Shown here one piece after another: positions 25,669 through 36,900 of a DNA stretch of 64,000 nt (within the stretch, counting starts at the first letter, position 1; every line of letters starts with the position of its first letter). Both the position numbers and the translations under genes were made by a program. A model generated the notes under the pieces. That model was not told the origin of the DNA and made no database searches. It saw only the letters and a program-made list of their open reading frames with translations. This stretch comes from a virus (taxonomy: Duplodnaviria > Caudoviricetes): the IMG/VR virus record IMGVR_UViG_3300025018_000001; one strand, given 5' to 3'.

Positions 25669-26801
25669 TAATGTCGCCTAACAGGAGTTATTAAAGCCTT
25701 CTGATTACTAAACTGTGCTGAGTCAAATATTACAGCACTTGTATCATTAGAAAACTGCATAATGACTAAATCATCCATTATAGCTGTTAGAGTCTGTAAT
25801 AGATAGGTACCGTTAAGATCAACTATAAAATCACCTGTAAACTTAATGTCTTCGCTATATTCTGCATCAGCAAAATCATTCTTTAATGATAACTTATTAT
25901 TAACTAAAGTTATGGTTAGTCTACTATGATCTTCTTGATCAAGTGACGGAAGTACTGGTGCTAAACTACTTAATAGTATATTCTTATTTAGTGTAATTGT
26001 ATGAGTAAAATTCTCAAAAGCTTTTGTATAGTCTGGGTACTCCTCACCTAGTATTAATTGACCATGTAGTACAGTATTACTAAATTTAGCTTTTATTTTA
26101 CCGTTGTCTATACAAAAGAATACGGTACTATCTGTGTCTAATACACGTTTTAATGCGTTAACAAAACTATAGGTAAGTGTAAAACTACCCTCAAAAAACT
26201 TACTAGTGTTAGGTGTTTTATACTCAGATAGTTTTTGTGCGTCAGTACCTGCAAAATATACATAGTCTTTATCGAAATTTATATTTATACCTTGTAAAAA
26301 ATTACGTATTGATGAGGGATTAACAGCATACATAACTTTAGACAAAGCTAAACGTAGAGTAGCTGCATTAATTTCAAATAAACTTTGTGTAAAAGGTGAT
26401 GGTATTGCAATTTTTTGTGGTGGATATAAACGTAATTTTAATTTATGAGCTGTTTTTTTATTGTTAGCCGCAAGGCTATCAATTGTAACAGATAGGTCAT
26501 TCTTAAGTGCTTTGAATTTAACTATCTTAGCTCCCACACCCTCGGATAGATAGGGGAATGCAAAAAGAAAAGAACTAAGTTTGCCATATAATATAGCATT
26601 AACGCCTACCGTTTTTACGTCACATTTAGGCACTACATGCGTTAGAGATACTAATTTATTACTACAAAGTAGCACTAATTCTCCGGTATCTCTAATGTCC
26701 ATAAACAATTGTCCGTCTGTGTCCTCAGAAGTAGCTTTAGCTACAGCACTAAATAATTTCATGGCTTTCTGAAGAGACAGTAAATCTACACTAAATTCCA
26801 T
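25668..26801 (-). CDS. dnaN: DNA polymerase III beta sliding clamp
   Basis: 377 aa three-domain length; 'LRLALSKVMYA...R.FLQGI', 'GTDAQKLS', 'GEEYPDY', 'DLNGTYLLQ.L', C-terminal 'LITPVR'. Confidence 0.9.
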   Translation of the reverse strand: MEFSVDLLSLQKAMKLFSAVAKATSEDTDGQLFMDIRDTGELVLLCSNKLVSLTHVVPKCDVKTVGVNAILYGKLSSFLFAFPYLSEGVGAKIVKFKALKNDLSVTIDSLAANNKKTAHKLKLRLYPPQKIAIPSPFTQSLFEINAATLRLALSKVMYAVNPSSIRNFLQGININFDKDYVYFAGTDAQKLSEYKTPNTSKFFEGSFTLTYSFVNALKRVLDTDSTVFFCIDNGKIKAKFSNTVLHGQLILGEEYPDYTKAFENFTHTITLNKNILLSSLAPVLPSLDQEDHSRLTITLVNNKLSLKNDFADAEYSEDIKFTGDFIVDLNGTYLLQTLTAIMDDLVIMQFSNDTSAVIFDSAQFSNQKALITPVRRH

Positions 26802-26845
26802 AATAACTCCTTTTAGTTAATGTTAAAATACTAAATTGTCTGTAT

Positions 26846-26874
26846 AGTATAAGGTATATTTATTGAAATGTCAA
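26846..26874 (-). promoter_or_regulatory. sigma70/sigmaA-type promoter heading the replication arm
   Basis: Minus strand TTGACA-N17-TATACT, followed by an AAGGAG RBS and the dnaN ATG. Confidence 0.8.
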
Positions 26875-29646
26875 CTATAAAATTAGTTGCGGGGTGATAT
26901 TACTTAAAATAAAATCATTGTGAAGAGAGTCACCAACACCTATTATAAAGTAAGCACTTCTAAATGGCACTTCTAAGTAGTAGAAACCATTATTATCTGT
27001 TATAGATGATCCTAGTAAATCACCAGAATTTTGGTCATATACTAAAACCCTTGTGATGTACGTCTTATTATATATTGTAGTGTAACCTCTCACAAAATAA
27101 TTACTAAATTCTATTAGTTCATCTTTTAAACTTCTGTTCATAAATAGCACAGAGTCGCTAGATATTTGATGCTTGAAAAAAAATACTTCCGATATTTTAC
27201 CAGTTATGCCTGTCTCTAGGTCACCAAGAATCACAGACGTTTCATTTGTACGTACTCCTTCGGCTGTCTTGAATAAAAAGCGGGTATCGGAATCACCTAG
27301 TAAAGCGTTTAAGTCCGTAAAATTACTAGACACACCTAAAGTATAAGATAGCCAGTCAGAGGATAACGTATAATCAGGTAATTCTAAAATATGTGTAATA
27401 TTATTATACCTATACTCCATAGCTAATACATTATTATTACGCGATGAACGTCTGAAAAAAGAGCAATTTTCATTTGTATAGAAATTTGAAATATAAAAAG
27501 AGGTGACCCCACCGGTATTAGACACTCCTTGGGTATTATTAAGAATAATTTTAGTATAAGTTTTTGTGGTTGACCCCACGGAGTAACCATTATACCAGGC
27601 GCCATCATAATAATAAGTATATTTTGTAGTTGTGCCATCATTATATATACGTATCTTACCTGAGAAATAATCTACAACACTACCTATATTAACCCCCCAT
27701 TTTGTTGTAAAAGTTCCTGGGGCTACTTGTTGTATATAAATATATGAAAGGTTATTTGAACGTGTAACACTGAATAGATACTCATTTACTTCCCCAACAA
27801 AGTGTAACCTGACCCTTATGGCCCAATCATCACTTAAGTTCCCGCCAGTGACATCAAAATCAAAAGAGAAATCAAAGTCATCACCCACGTAATAGTTAGT
27901 TGTAATTCTATTATCTAGATTAGTATCGAATTTAATTCTATTCCCATCTAATGTAGCACCACCTAATAAAATAGTCCACAAATAAGGGTCTAGTGGATCA
28001 CCTATAGGTCCAGAAAAATCATCACTTAAACTATCACGGGTTAGTAAGGGTGTTTGTTGATAGTATAAAGACATTGAAGTTTTAGAATATAAACCTTTGG
28101 TCATAATAATATTACCATCATCTATAGTACCGAATATAAGTGCTTGTGAAGTATAACCATAGTTATATCTATGATTAGTACCTAGATCTGCCGTACTAGT
28201 TAAACTATTAAATTTTATGGCATAGCTTCCTAAATTGTCAGAAGTTATAGATACATTATTTAATGCTAACACAGGTGAGTTAATATCTGTGGAGTTAACA
28301 TAACCAAATGAGGGATTAAAGTGGTGTACAGAACTAAACTTATCTTTCCAAACTAGCTGAGAGGGTATTATAGGATTTTCAAGCTTTACCGAGTCCACGC
28401 GTAGAATACAATATTGACTACTTAACACGCCGCTATATAGTAAAGTGTATAAATTACTAAACTCTTTGTATACAAATATACCTGATATATTAGTAAGGTC
28501 GTAAGTACCCTGTAAATTAAACTCAGAAAATAAATGAAAATCAGTGAAGGTTTTACCATCCTCAGAAGAAGCATAATACATTGTGCCTCCACCAGAGACA
28601 TTAACTTTTATCCATACGTAATATAAACCATTCTCAAAGTAGGCGAAATTTATATTTATAGTGCTTATAACAACATCTATGTCAATAGTGGTTTCATGAA
28701 GAAGACCTTGGCGGTTTACCCAAGATATACCATCACTAGACTCAGCATATAATATGGAATAATAATAAGTGTTACCTATACCCACACCACTATACCACAT
28801 TTTATATACAGAACCTTCTGCTATTACACAGGGTGATTGTTTACCGTTACGGGTGTCATAAAAACTAGTGCTATCTAAACCAGTGCACTCTATAAAATTA
28901 TACCAAACTTTACCATCTAAAGATTCACAGTAGAAAATTCTATGCCCCAAAGTGGAGTTAGCATTATTACCAGAATACCACATCTTAAAGACATCATTCT
29001 CAAGAAGTACTGTTCCAGCAGTTTTATATATTCTAGTTTCTGTAGGTACATCATCTACACATATGGTAAAGTTAGTAAAATTTATTAAATCTAAGGATTC
29101 ACAATAATAAATAGCACCGTGCCAGTAACCACCTACAACTACCTTACCCATATACCATAATAAATATTTTCCATTATGTTTTATAATACTAATAGGTTCT
29201 CCGCCGTAAGTATCGTAAACGCTGTAAGATCCGGAAGGTATTAGGGGGTATATAGCTAAGTCACCAGCTTCTGAAATATATGAAACATTACTTTCTTTAG
29301 TTACATCATAATAAAAATAAAAAACATTTGTATAAGTGGAAGAAACTTCTAGAGGTAGAAACCAGAACAATGCTTTCTCAGTGACATGATCCCACATATC
29401 TAATTCAGCATATAACTGTTTCTCTTCCCCATCTACTATTTGCGAAAAAGCTACTTTTTTTCTGCTAGCGTAACTACTACCCGCTATTGCCATATGATTA
29501 AATACGTGACAGATATCTGTTTTTGAGAAACCAGATTGATTGGATAATCTAAAAAGTATAGGTACAATTTCAGTACAAACCCCCACCCTTTCTATTGGTA
29601 CAGTAAATTGTAATCTATTGGAATTCTCCCAGCCTGATAAACTCAT
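26875..29646 (-). CDS. Modular virion/receptor-binding protein (DUF2341-like N-terminus, 5-bladed beta-propeller, LamG-like, C-terminal Ig-like)
   Basis: Repeated 'KMWYSG...IFY.ES.DG..W' Asp-box blades; N-terminal 'ELDMWD...ALFWF...FYFYYD'; C-terminal 'VLVYDQNSGDLLGSSITDNNGFYYL'. Confidence 0.65.
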   Translation of the reverse strand: MSLSGWENSNRLQFTVPIERVGVCTEIVPILFRLSNQSGFSKTDICHVFNHMAIAGSSYASRKKVAFSQIVDGEEKQLYAELDMWDHVTEKALFWFLPLEVSSTYTNVFYFYYDVTKESNVSYISEAGDLAIYPLIPSGSYSVYDTYGGEPISIIKHNGKYLLWYMGKVVVGGYWHGAIYYCESLDLINFTNFTICVDDVPTETRIYKTAGTVLLENDVFKMWYSGNNANSTLGHRIFYCESLDGKVWYNFIECTGLDSTSFYDTRNGKQSPCVIAEGSVYKMWYSGVGIGNTYYYSILYAESSDGISWVNRQGLLHETTIDIDVVISTININFAYFENGLYYVWIKVNVSGGGTMYYASSEDGKTFTDFHLFSEFNLQGTYDLTNISGIFVYKEFSNLYTLLYSGVLSSQYCILRVDSVKLENPIIPSQLVWKDKFSSVHHFNPSFGYVNSTDINSPVLALNNVSITSDNLGSYAIKFNSLTSTADLGTNHRYNYGYTSQALIFGTIDDGNIIMTKGLYSKTSMSLYYQQTPLLTRDSLSDDFSGPIGDPLDPYLWTILLGGATLDGNRIKFDTNLDNRITTNYYVGDDFDFSFDFDVTGGNLSDDWAIRVRLHFVGEVNEYLFSVTRSNNLSYIYIQQVAPGTFTTKWGVNIGSVVDYFSGKIRIYNDGTTTKYTYYYDGAWYNGYSVGSTTKTYTKIILNNTQGVSNTGGVTSFYISNFYTNENCSFFRRSSRNNNVLAMEYRYNNITHILELPDYTLSSDWLSYTLGVSSNFTDLNALLGDSDTRFLFKTAEGVRTNETSVILGDLETGITGKISEVFFFKHQISSDSVLFMNRSLKDELIEFSNYFVRGYTTIYNKTYITRVLVYDQNSGDLLGSSITDNNGFYYLEVPFRSAYFIIGVGDSLHNDFILSNITPQLIL

Positions 29647-29657
29647 TGTTATACCTC

Positions 29658-30032
29658 TTATATAATAGGTGTGGGTACTACGCTTTTGGCCACTATATGG
29701 TTATAGTCAGAGTTATCTGACAAACTTACAATAAAACAAGTACCACTAGTAGTAATAGGAAGTGTAAAAACACCACTTTGATTATTTGATATACATTGCC
29801 CCACTAACCTAAATGATTCACTATCATAGGCGTATATAATAGCTTCTTTAGGCGTACCTTCTAAAGTTACGTCACCGTAAAAATAGTGAGTATTTAAAGT
29901 TATTTTAACCGGTGTATTAAATTTGTGCAGTATTGACACAGTATAGTCTGCAATATATATTGCATTAGTACCTACAAGGGGTGTACTCTCAAGTACACCT
30001 ATACTATAATCTGCTATCCTAATTTCAGTCAT
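29658..30032 (-). CDS. Small virion protein, paralog of the C-terminal domain of the 923-aa protein
   Basis: 'YAYDSESFRLVGQCISNNQSGVFTL...FIV...YNHIV' aligns with the 923-aa C-terminus. Confidence 0.6.
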   Translation of the reverse strand: MTEIRIADYSIGVLESTPLVGTNAIYIADYTVSILHKFNTPVKITLNTHYFYGDVTLEGTPKEAIIYAYDSESFRLVGQCISNNQSGVFTLPITTSGTCFIVSLSDNSDYNHIVAKSVVPTPII

Positions 30033-30034
30033 AG

Positions 30035-31684
30035 TTACCCAGAAATAGTTGTAAAACCGAACTCATTTGCCGTTATGAATGTGTCTTTCCAGTCTTCTAA
30101 AGAGTCTGGTGTTACATCCTGGATAAAACTTAGCATACTGTATTTAGTTGTAGGTAGTATTGAACCACTGTTAGTTGTATTACTACCACTAACCATAGTA
30201 GATGTCAAGTATAAGTCAACGCCCATATCTTTTTTTGCTATTATGTCACTACTTAGTGCCAGTATATTAGTTATACCTGAAGGCACTGATAACATATAAG
30301 TATCTGTACTACCTAGACTACTAGAGTAAATATATTTAGAGCCAGCCTCTTCAAGTAGTTGCCATTCAATGTATAACTTAGGTGAGTTAACGTGGTAAGA
30401 ATCATTATTGGCTTCGTAAGCAGTATAACCTACCCTTATATAAGAATAGTTGGTGTCTACATAATGTAGGTCTATTACAGCCAAAATACTATTATTGTTT
30501 TGTTGCCAATCAGGTAAATCAACTAGTTCTTGTAGTGATGCTTTTATATCTCTATTTGCTATATTGCCCTGCTGAGGTATTTTTGTTTTATTATAAGTAA
30601 ACTTTCTACTTAACAGGTCAGCACTAGAGGTAATTTGCGTAACAGGTGTACCAGACTTTTCAAAAAAAATTAGCTGCTCATTTATATCATCCTCACTAAT
30701 TATCTCAGTAGGGTTTACTAGTAAGTAAGCATTAGTAATTTTGGCATTTTTAGGTATATTAATATTTGAGAACCTGAACCAGTAGTAACAACTTCTAGTG
30801 TTTGTGTCCATATATATTGAAGCTACACTAGGAACCATGACCGATGTATTATTGAATACCCAGTCCGCACCAGAACCATTTCTTACGTAACTACCATCAT
30901 CTGCACCACTGTATTCATAATAGGTACTATTATAAGTTTGGGTGTTAATAGGGTATACTGTATTAGTAATAATACTAGCATTACTAGTACCAGAGTAAGT
31001 TGCTTCAGGAAGGAATTGTTGTGAACTTCCACCAGTTAATACGGGTAAAGTAGAAACGGTACAGTTACCTAAAAATGTATTATTCTTTGTACCTAAAGTG
31101 TTTAAAATATACAAATCTTCTATGTATGCAAAGTCATCAGAAGATAAGGAGCTTACATTTTTACCTATTTTAATATTATTGACTAGGTGTGGTGTAGTAG
31201 TTATGGTGTTTAAAGAGGTTAAACTTAGTATAGCTACCTCATTTATATGAATATCCAATGTGCCCTGTGTATCACTAAACTTAATTTTAATCTCTATATA
31301 GGCCCATTTATTTAATATGAAGCCTTGGTTAAATCCGTAGTTATTGTATATATCATCAGTATACCAATATATACCTGAGGCCATAATAACTATTCTACTT
31401 TGTATGTCATTATTATAACAAAAATATATAGTAAACTGGTCAGTTACATCTTTTACACGCACTAATGCAAAACCAATTACAAGTTCATCGTAGGCATCAT
31501 CCAGATTTTGTTGTATAAAATCATCCTCTGGTTCAGAGTAGGAACATTCCAAGGCTAATACATTACCTCCTCTTCGGCCAAAAGATCCCTCTTTCACATA
31601 CATACTACAATTAGCAGTGCGCTCTTGCCATTTAAGTGGTAAGTGTAAGTAATTTTTAAAACTATCAAAAAATAAAAGAGACAT
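30035..31684 (-). CDS. Putative virion structural protein (LamG/concanavalin-like N-terminus)
   Basis: 'LFFDSF', 'WAYIEIKI...IHINE', 'YIEDLYI'; Ser/Thr/Asn-rich, beta-rich. Confidence 0.55.
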   Translation of the reverse strand: MSLLFFDSFKNYLHLPLKWQERTANCSMYVKEGSFGRRGGNVLALECSYSEPEDDFIQQNLDDAYDELVIGFALVRVKDVTDQFTIYFCYNNDIQSRIVIMASGIYWYTDDIYNNYGFNQGFILNKWAYIEIKIKFSDTQGTLDIHINEVAILSLTSLNTITTTPHLVNNIKIGKNVSSLSSDDFAYIEDLYILNTLGTKNNTFLGNCTVSTLPVLTGGSSQQFLPEATYSGTSNASIITNTVYPINTQTYNSTYYEYSGADDGSYVRNGSGADWVFNNTSVMVPSVASIYMDTNTRSCYYWFRFSNINIPKNAKITNAYLLVNPTEIISEDDINEQLIFFEKSGTPVTQITSSADLLSRKFTYNKTKIPQQGNIANRDIKASLQELVDLPDWQQNNNSILAVIDLHYVDTNYSYIRVGYTAYEANNDSYHVNSPKLYIEWQLLEEAGSKYIYSSSLGSTDTYMLSVPSGITNILALSSDIIAKKDMGVDLYLTSTMVSGSNTTNSGSILPTTKYSMLSFIQDVTPDSLEDWKDTFITANEFGFTTISG

Positions 31685-31687
31685 AAA

Positions 31688-33856
31688 TTATTCCTTCCAA
31701 AAATCTTCTGCTTGAATATGTGTCCAGTTCATATTATTATATGAACCTGGTGATACATAAGTAGGGTCATCGAATTTAAAGTGTATATTAGTAGCTGTAG
31801 GTGCTTCATAAGCCTTACCTACTATAAGCGCAGTTAGATTATTAGTATCCTTATACAATTTAGGTGTAATATACGCATCCAAAAGCTTAAAATTATTTAA
31901 TATTCCTGTTATTGTAGCTTTACAGGAAAGTGACCAATGATTAATCCTTTTAACTTTTATATTAGCTTGTAGATCAGTTGAAGGGAAGGTGGTGGCAATT
32001 ATAGATACCTCTAAATCTCTATGTCTACTAGTAGCTACCCTATCAATTAAGTCATTAAGTGCTTGGTCAAACGTATCATAATTTTTAAGATTAAACACAA
32101 ATAGTTTCTTGACTTTAATTCTTGAGTTGAGTTTATTAGGATCATTAGAGAAACCTAGCACCTGTACTTTCCAAGTACGTTCTCTATTAACTTTGTATAC
32201 TTTATTTTCATTGGGCACATAAAAGAAATGATAGTCCTCATCAGAATTTGTAAAAAACATCATTTCTACAAACCTTCTCCAACGCTCACCAAAACGATCT
32301 AAATTTATAACTACCTCTAGAGTTTTAGGGTTGACCCAATTCGGTACAGTAGTAAAATTAGCTAAAGGTTTAGCAGTTATCTGAGCACTTATATCACGAG
32401 AGTATAATATACCAGTAATAGTAGCTCTTAATATATTAGTAGACCGGTTACCTAGGAGCATAAGGGTATCTAATACCTTATGACTACCTTTTTTAGGCGT
32501 GCTATGTATACCAAAAGTTACGAAAGGAGGTGTTGCATCATATACATTACTTGTAATACTTGTGTAGTTAGCTTGTACGTAGTCAGCTGCATTAATGTAA
32601 GCAGCAAGGTCGATAACGTTGTCAGCAGCGCCGCCATACCACCCTATGATAAAAGCACTCAAATCAAGTCTCTTTATGGTGTATAGATATGCAGGTAAAT
32701 CAACAAAGCTGGATTTTAGACAGTTGTAATTAACAACAGCCCTTAAATCCTTATGTTCAAATAAAGATATTGATATAATTCTCTTTATATTAATAGTTTT
32801 TGGCACTATCTCAGCTAATAAGTCTAGATACTTACCTGTAGCTACTATGTAAGCTAGAAAAGAAGCTGAGCCTATGGATGTTATATACGCAGCTATATCT
32901 CTTGTAGAAAAACCTTGTATATTAGCGGGTAAATCAAAAAACATATCCTGTGCCTTCATACCATATACATAAGCTGGAAGGTCTCTAGGACGTACTGCAC
33001 GTATACTTGAAGGCAAGTCATATGGTTGATAACCGACAATAGTTATAGCGTTTAAATCTGCCTTTGCATAACCATGTAAAGTGGCTTGTAAGTCTACTGG
33101 CGCAACACAGGCTAAATACGCGGATAAATTTTTAGATACTCTAAAGTAACCAGAGAAAATAGTAGCTTGTAAATCTGCCGTTGAAAATGCACCAATCATT
33201 GCAGCTAAATCACTTATATGCCAACTAGTTATATAAGAATTTAAATTTTTATTACTTTTAATTGTAACCTTACCAAAAGTAGCTGCCAAATCTAGATTAC
33301 CTTTGAATAACGTACCTGATATGCTCGCTGTAATATCTCTTGTTTCAATTATGTTAAAGAATGCGTGTAAGTCTACAGCTGGAATAGTCTGTACTACAGA
33401 TAATATATCCGCATAACTATGTCGTAGAGCTTTGATTCCTGCGGGTAAATCAAAAAATATATCGGTATCACCAATAATGTCCGCGTATAAATCTGTATAG
33501 CTACTATACCATAGTTTACCTGTGGTTATAAATGCACCTAAGTCTCTAATACCTCCAAAAAGACAAGGTAACTCTAATACTTGTACACCTGTATCGCTAT
33601 AACCAACAACAACTTGTCTGCAGCTTTTGACATATGTGTAAGTAGAATCTTGAAACAATGGCCAAACTTCTAAAGAAGCCTCTAAGTCTGCTGTACCATG
33701 TTCATAAAACTGCATGATTTCAATATAAGCCTGTAAATCACTAGTACTATACGCGGCGGCTAAGAAATCAATATTTACAAAATCAGGAGGTGTGTATCCC
33801 TCCTCAGTAAAATCAAATAGTACGTTTTTCCCTTTGGGAGGGCGATAACTAACCAT
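31688..33856 (-). CDS. Repeat-rich putative virion protein (xDLxAxI repeats)
   Basis: More than 20 imperfect 12-17-aa repeats such as 'SDLQAYI', 'FDLPAGI', 'VDLQATL', 'RDLPAYV'. Confidence 0.65.
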   Translation of the reverse strand: MVSYRPPKGKNVLFDFTEEGYTPPDFVNIDFLAAAYSTSDLQAYIEIMQFYEHGTADLEASLEVWPLFQDSTYTYVKSCRQVVVGYSDTGVQVLELPCLFGGIRDLGAFITTGKLWYSSYTDLYADIIGDTDIFFDLPAGIKALRHSYADILSVVQTIPAVDLHAFFNIIETRDITASISGTLFKGNLDLAATFGKVTIKSNKNLNSYITSWHISDLAAMIGAFSTADLQATIFSGYFRVSKNLSAYLACVAPVDLQATLHGYAKADLNAITIVGYQPYDLPSSIRAVRPRDLPAYVYGMKAQDMFFDLPANIQGFSTRDIAAYITSIGSASFLAYIVATGKYLDLLAEIVPKTINIKRIISISLFEHKDLRAVVNYNCLKSSFVDLPAYLYTIKRLDLSAFIIGWYGGAADNVIDLAAYINAADYVQANYTSITSNVYDATPPFVTFGIHSTPKKGSHKVLDTLMLLGNRSTNILRATITGILYSRDISAQITAKPLANFTTVPNWVNPKTLEVVINLDRFGERWRRFVEMMFFTNSDEDYHFFYVPNENKVYKVNRERTWKVQVLGFSNDPNKLNSRIKVKKLFVFNLKNYDTFDQALNDLIDRVATSRHRDLEVSIIATTFPSTDLQANIKVKRINHWSLSCKATITGILNNFKLLDAYITPKLYKDTNNLTALIVGKAYEAPTATNIHFKFDDPTYVSPGSYNNMNWTHIQAEDFWKE

Positions 33857-33960
33857 TAACTTTACCTTTGTAGTTAAGTAAGTTTTTAATAATATATTTA
33901 TAAATGTTCATCTAATATGAAACCTCGTTTACTTAAATTAAATATTAAAAACTATAATAA

Positions 33961-36900
33961 CTAGTCAGTTTCTGCTATATCCCACCATACTTTTATTCTT
34001 GTATCCAGTTGGGTTATATTACCCGCTGGTATATTAGATCGTATAAAAAATGGTTTACTTTTTTGTGGTTGAATATCTGTAATCTGTATAGCAGGGGCCA
34101 TATAAATACCAACAACAGTTGGTGTAGAAGTAGCATCAAAATTCCATAAGGTTACCCTTGCTTGAGTATATTTACTTTTAGTTAAAAAATAACCGTCTTT
34201 ATCCACCTCCTTCCATGGTAATAAAGTACTGTTTGTTGCCCAAAGACTCTCTTCAGGTCTAGGTATTAATTTAGGGAGTGTTATATCACTCTGTTGGAAT
34301 TCTATATCAAACGTAAATAATCTCGGTGTATATGTTTCCATATACGCACTTGTTGTAAAATAGTCTGTATAAAACTTAGTCCAAACAATGGCTTTAGTTG
34401 CTAAAGAAACATAACGCATACGCTTTAAAAGTGTAGAATATACAACTACACCGAATTTGCCACCACTTAACTTATCATCACTAGCAAAATTTTTTATATT
34501 CATAGTTAAATTACCATATTTATCATAATGACTAACTTCCTGGGAAACACCAAAACTTAAGGTGTAAAAACCTCCAACTGTGTCTGAGGATATTACTTTT
34601 ATGGATGATGTTATAGGTATCATAACTATTAACTCGCCAGAACTACTATAATTTTTTATGGCTTTAGTGTTATCTAGCTCGGCATGGTCTACAACCCAAC
34701 ACCCACCATCTTCGTCAGCGCACACCGCTAGGGGTTCTAATATATTTACCACAGTTTCGGTTTCTGCTAAATTATTTAGATGTACCAATGCCTTTGTTAC
34801 ATTACTTATATACCAAACACTGTTAGTATTAAAATCTGTTGCTAACCCACAAAGGCCGTCCACGATAACTTCAGATATAAGTATACAGGCACTATTAAAA
34901 TGCTTTAGAAGTTTGTTTACAGCATCGTAGGACCAGAAGCCACCAGAAACATCAAAGTCACAGAAGTCTGTAGTACCAAAATAAGCTGTATTCGTTGCAA
35001 AAGCTTTACTTACAACCAATTCACCACCAAAATTAAATATAAAAACATTAGAATTGGCAGATTGAGCTATATGCGCGGATATAGATAGTTGGTAGCCTGT
35101 GCGCCTGGAAATTGCCGAGCCATACGTATATACCGTTGATGTGTTTGAAATGGTCAGGGGTATAAAAGAAGTAGCTGCAGTATTATTATTATACTCTACT
35201 CTAAAATATGTTGAGTATGAATTTGCTCTAGCAAGCCAGAAAACATGATCTACCGGTAATGGTGACATATCACTACTTCTAACTTCTATAATACCATCCT
35301 GTATATCTTTATACTTACTGACATTAGTAGTGCCAATGTTAGATAATACAGGTATTCTCAAATAACTTGCTTTATTAGCGTCAGGCAGTGCGAATATAGG
35401 AGTAGTATAGTTACCTGTAATGTGTGTTAAATTTGCTATACTATTATTTAGTGTTTGTGGTAAGTTATACCCAAAAACAGCGTGTATATCCGTAATACCT
35501 GTGAGTATTAGTACAGATTCATCACCATGTGCGTCTAATGGTTCTAGCACTACCATTTTGTTAACTATACCAGTTTTTGTAGGTATATTAACAGGTAGTG
35601 TATCTAATTCATCGGTCGATAAGTTGTATCTATATATTTTACCGTTATACTGTGCAGACTGGAAATATAAATTATCATTATAGAAACAAAAAGCCATATC
35701 CATATTTTGCGCCATGATTCTATTACCGAAGTTAAAAAAAGAGCTATACCAAGTATCAGTTAATACATCATACATTTCAATATAAAAATTATTGTTTTGG
35801 ATACTTTCAGCGTGTAGAACATATATACGATCTCGTATATCATCATAAACTAAGTGATTAACATTAGCTCCTAAACTTGAGAGGAAGAAGTTATTACTAA
35901 CTGGTGTTAATGCTGCTGTAGCTTCATTTAGTTTATATAACTGTCTAGCAGCATCACCTTGATAAACACCATGGCATTTTATCCAAATGTTACCTTTAAA
36001 ATCACCTACCATAAAGTAGTAATAGGTAGAAGTGAACGTGATAGTAAATGTTTTAAATACCGATAAATTTGCTAAACTTCCTGTCATGCTATGTTTTAAA
36101 ATAGTTCTAGTCGCGCCGGACTCGGAGATAACACCTAAAAAATACACGGCAGTATCAGAGCAACCCATGGAAAATGTGTCTGTATCCCATAAAGCACTCA
36201 CAAGGGCGCCTCTAAACGTCCAAGTATTTAACTGTACATCATAACACCAAAGGTTAATAGGAGATCCTTTAGAAGTAATACCTGGCCAGAAAGCGACATA
36301 TAACTTTTTATGAACTTTATCATAAGCGGTACATCTTACAACACCAAAAGGTGACTTAGGGAATGTACTATCAACTACTGGGAGAATACCAATATAAGTC
36401 TCACTTAAATGTTCATATACTGTAGGTTTAGATAAAACCAGCACTGCTCCATCGGATGTATTAGAGACTTTGGTATTATTATGTGTTCCTCTAGACCAAC
36501 TATTTTTTATAATGTCACCCTCAGAGAGGTTATAAAATGGGCCGTTACTTTCTGCAGCTATATCAACATAAAAATCCCCTTGTTGCCCTGTATAATCTAC
36601 ACATACATAAGCGTTGGCTGGCTTATCACCTGAGGTATCGTTATAGATATCAATAGCTTGAACTTCACCAACAACACCTTCTGGAGTGTCCTCTATAAAG
36701 GTATCCGTAAGACTACCATCTGCGCCAAAAGCTACAATGTTGTCATTATTCAGAACCTGTAATTCATGTAGGAGCATATTAGTACCACTTACAACACATC
36801 GAATATATCTTGGTGCACTAGGATTAGGTACTGTACCGACATAAGAAACTGCTGATACTGTTTTTGAACATACACTAAAAACATCAGAAGCAGCACTTTT

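Noticed and set aside
33895-33902. T4-like late promoter TATAAATA upstream of the 722-aa gene
   Set aside because: Single occurrence in very AT-rich DNA, not repeated in the other structural intergenic gaps.
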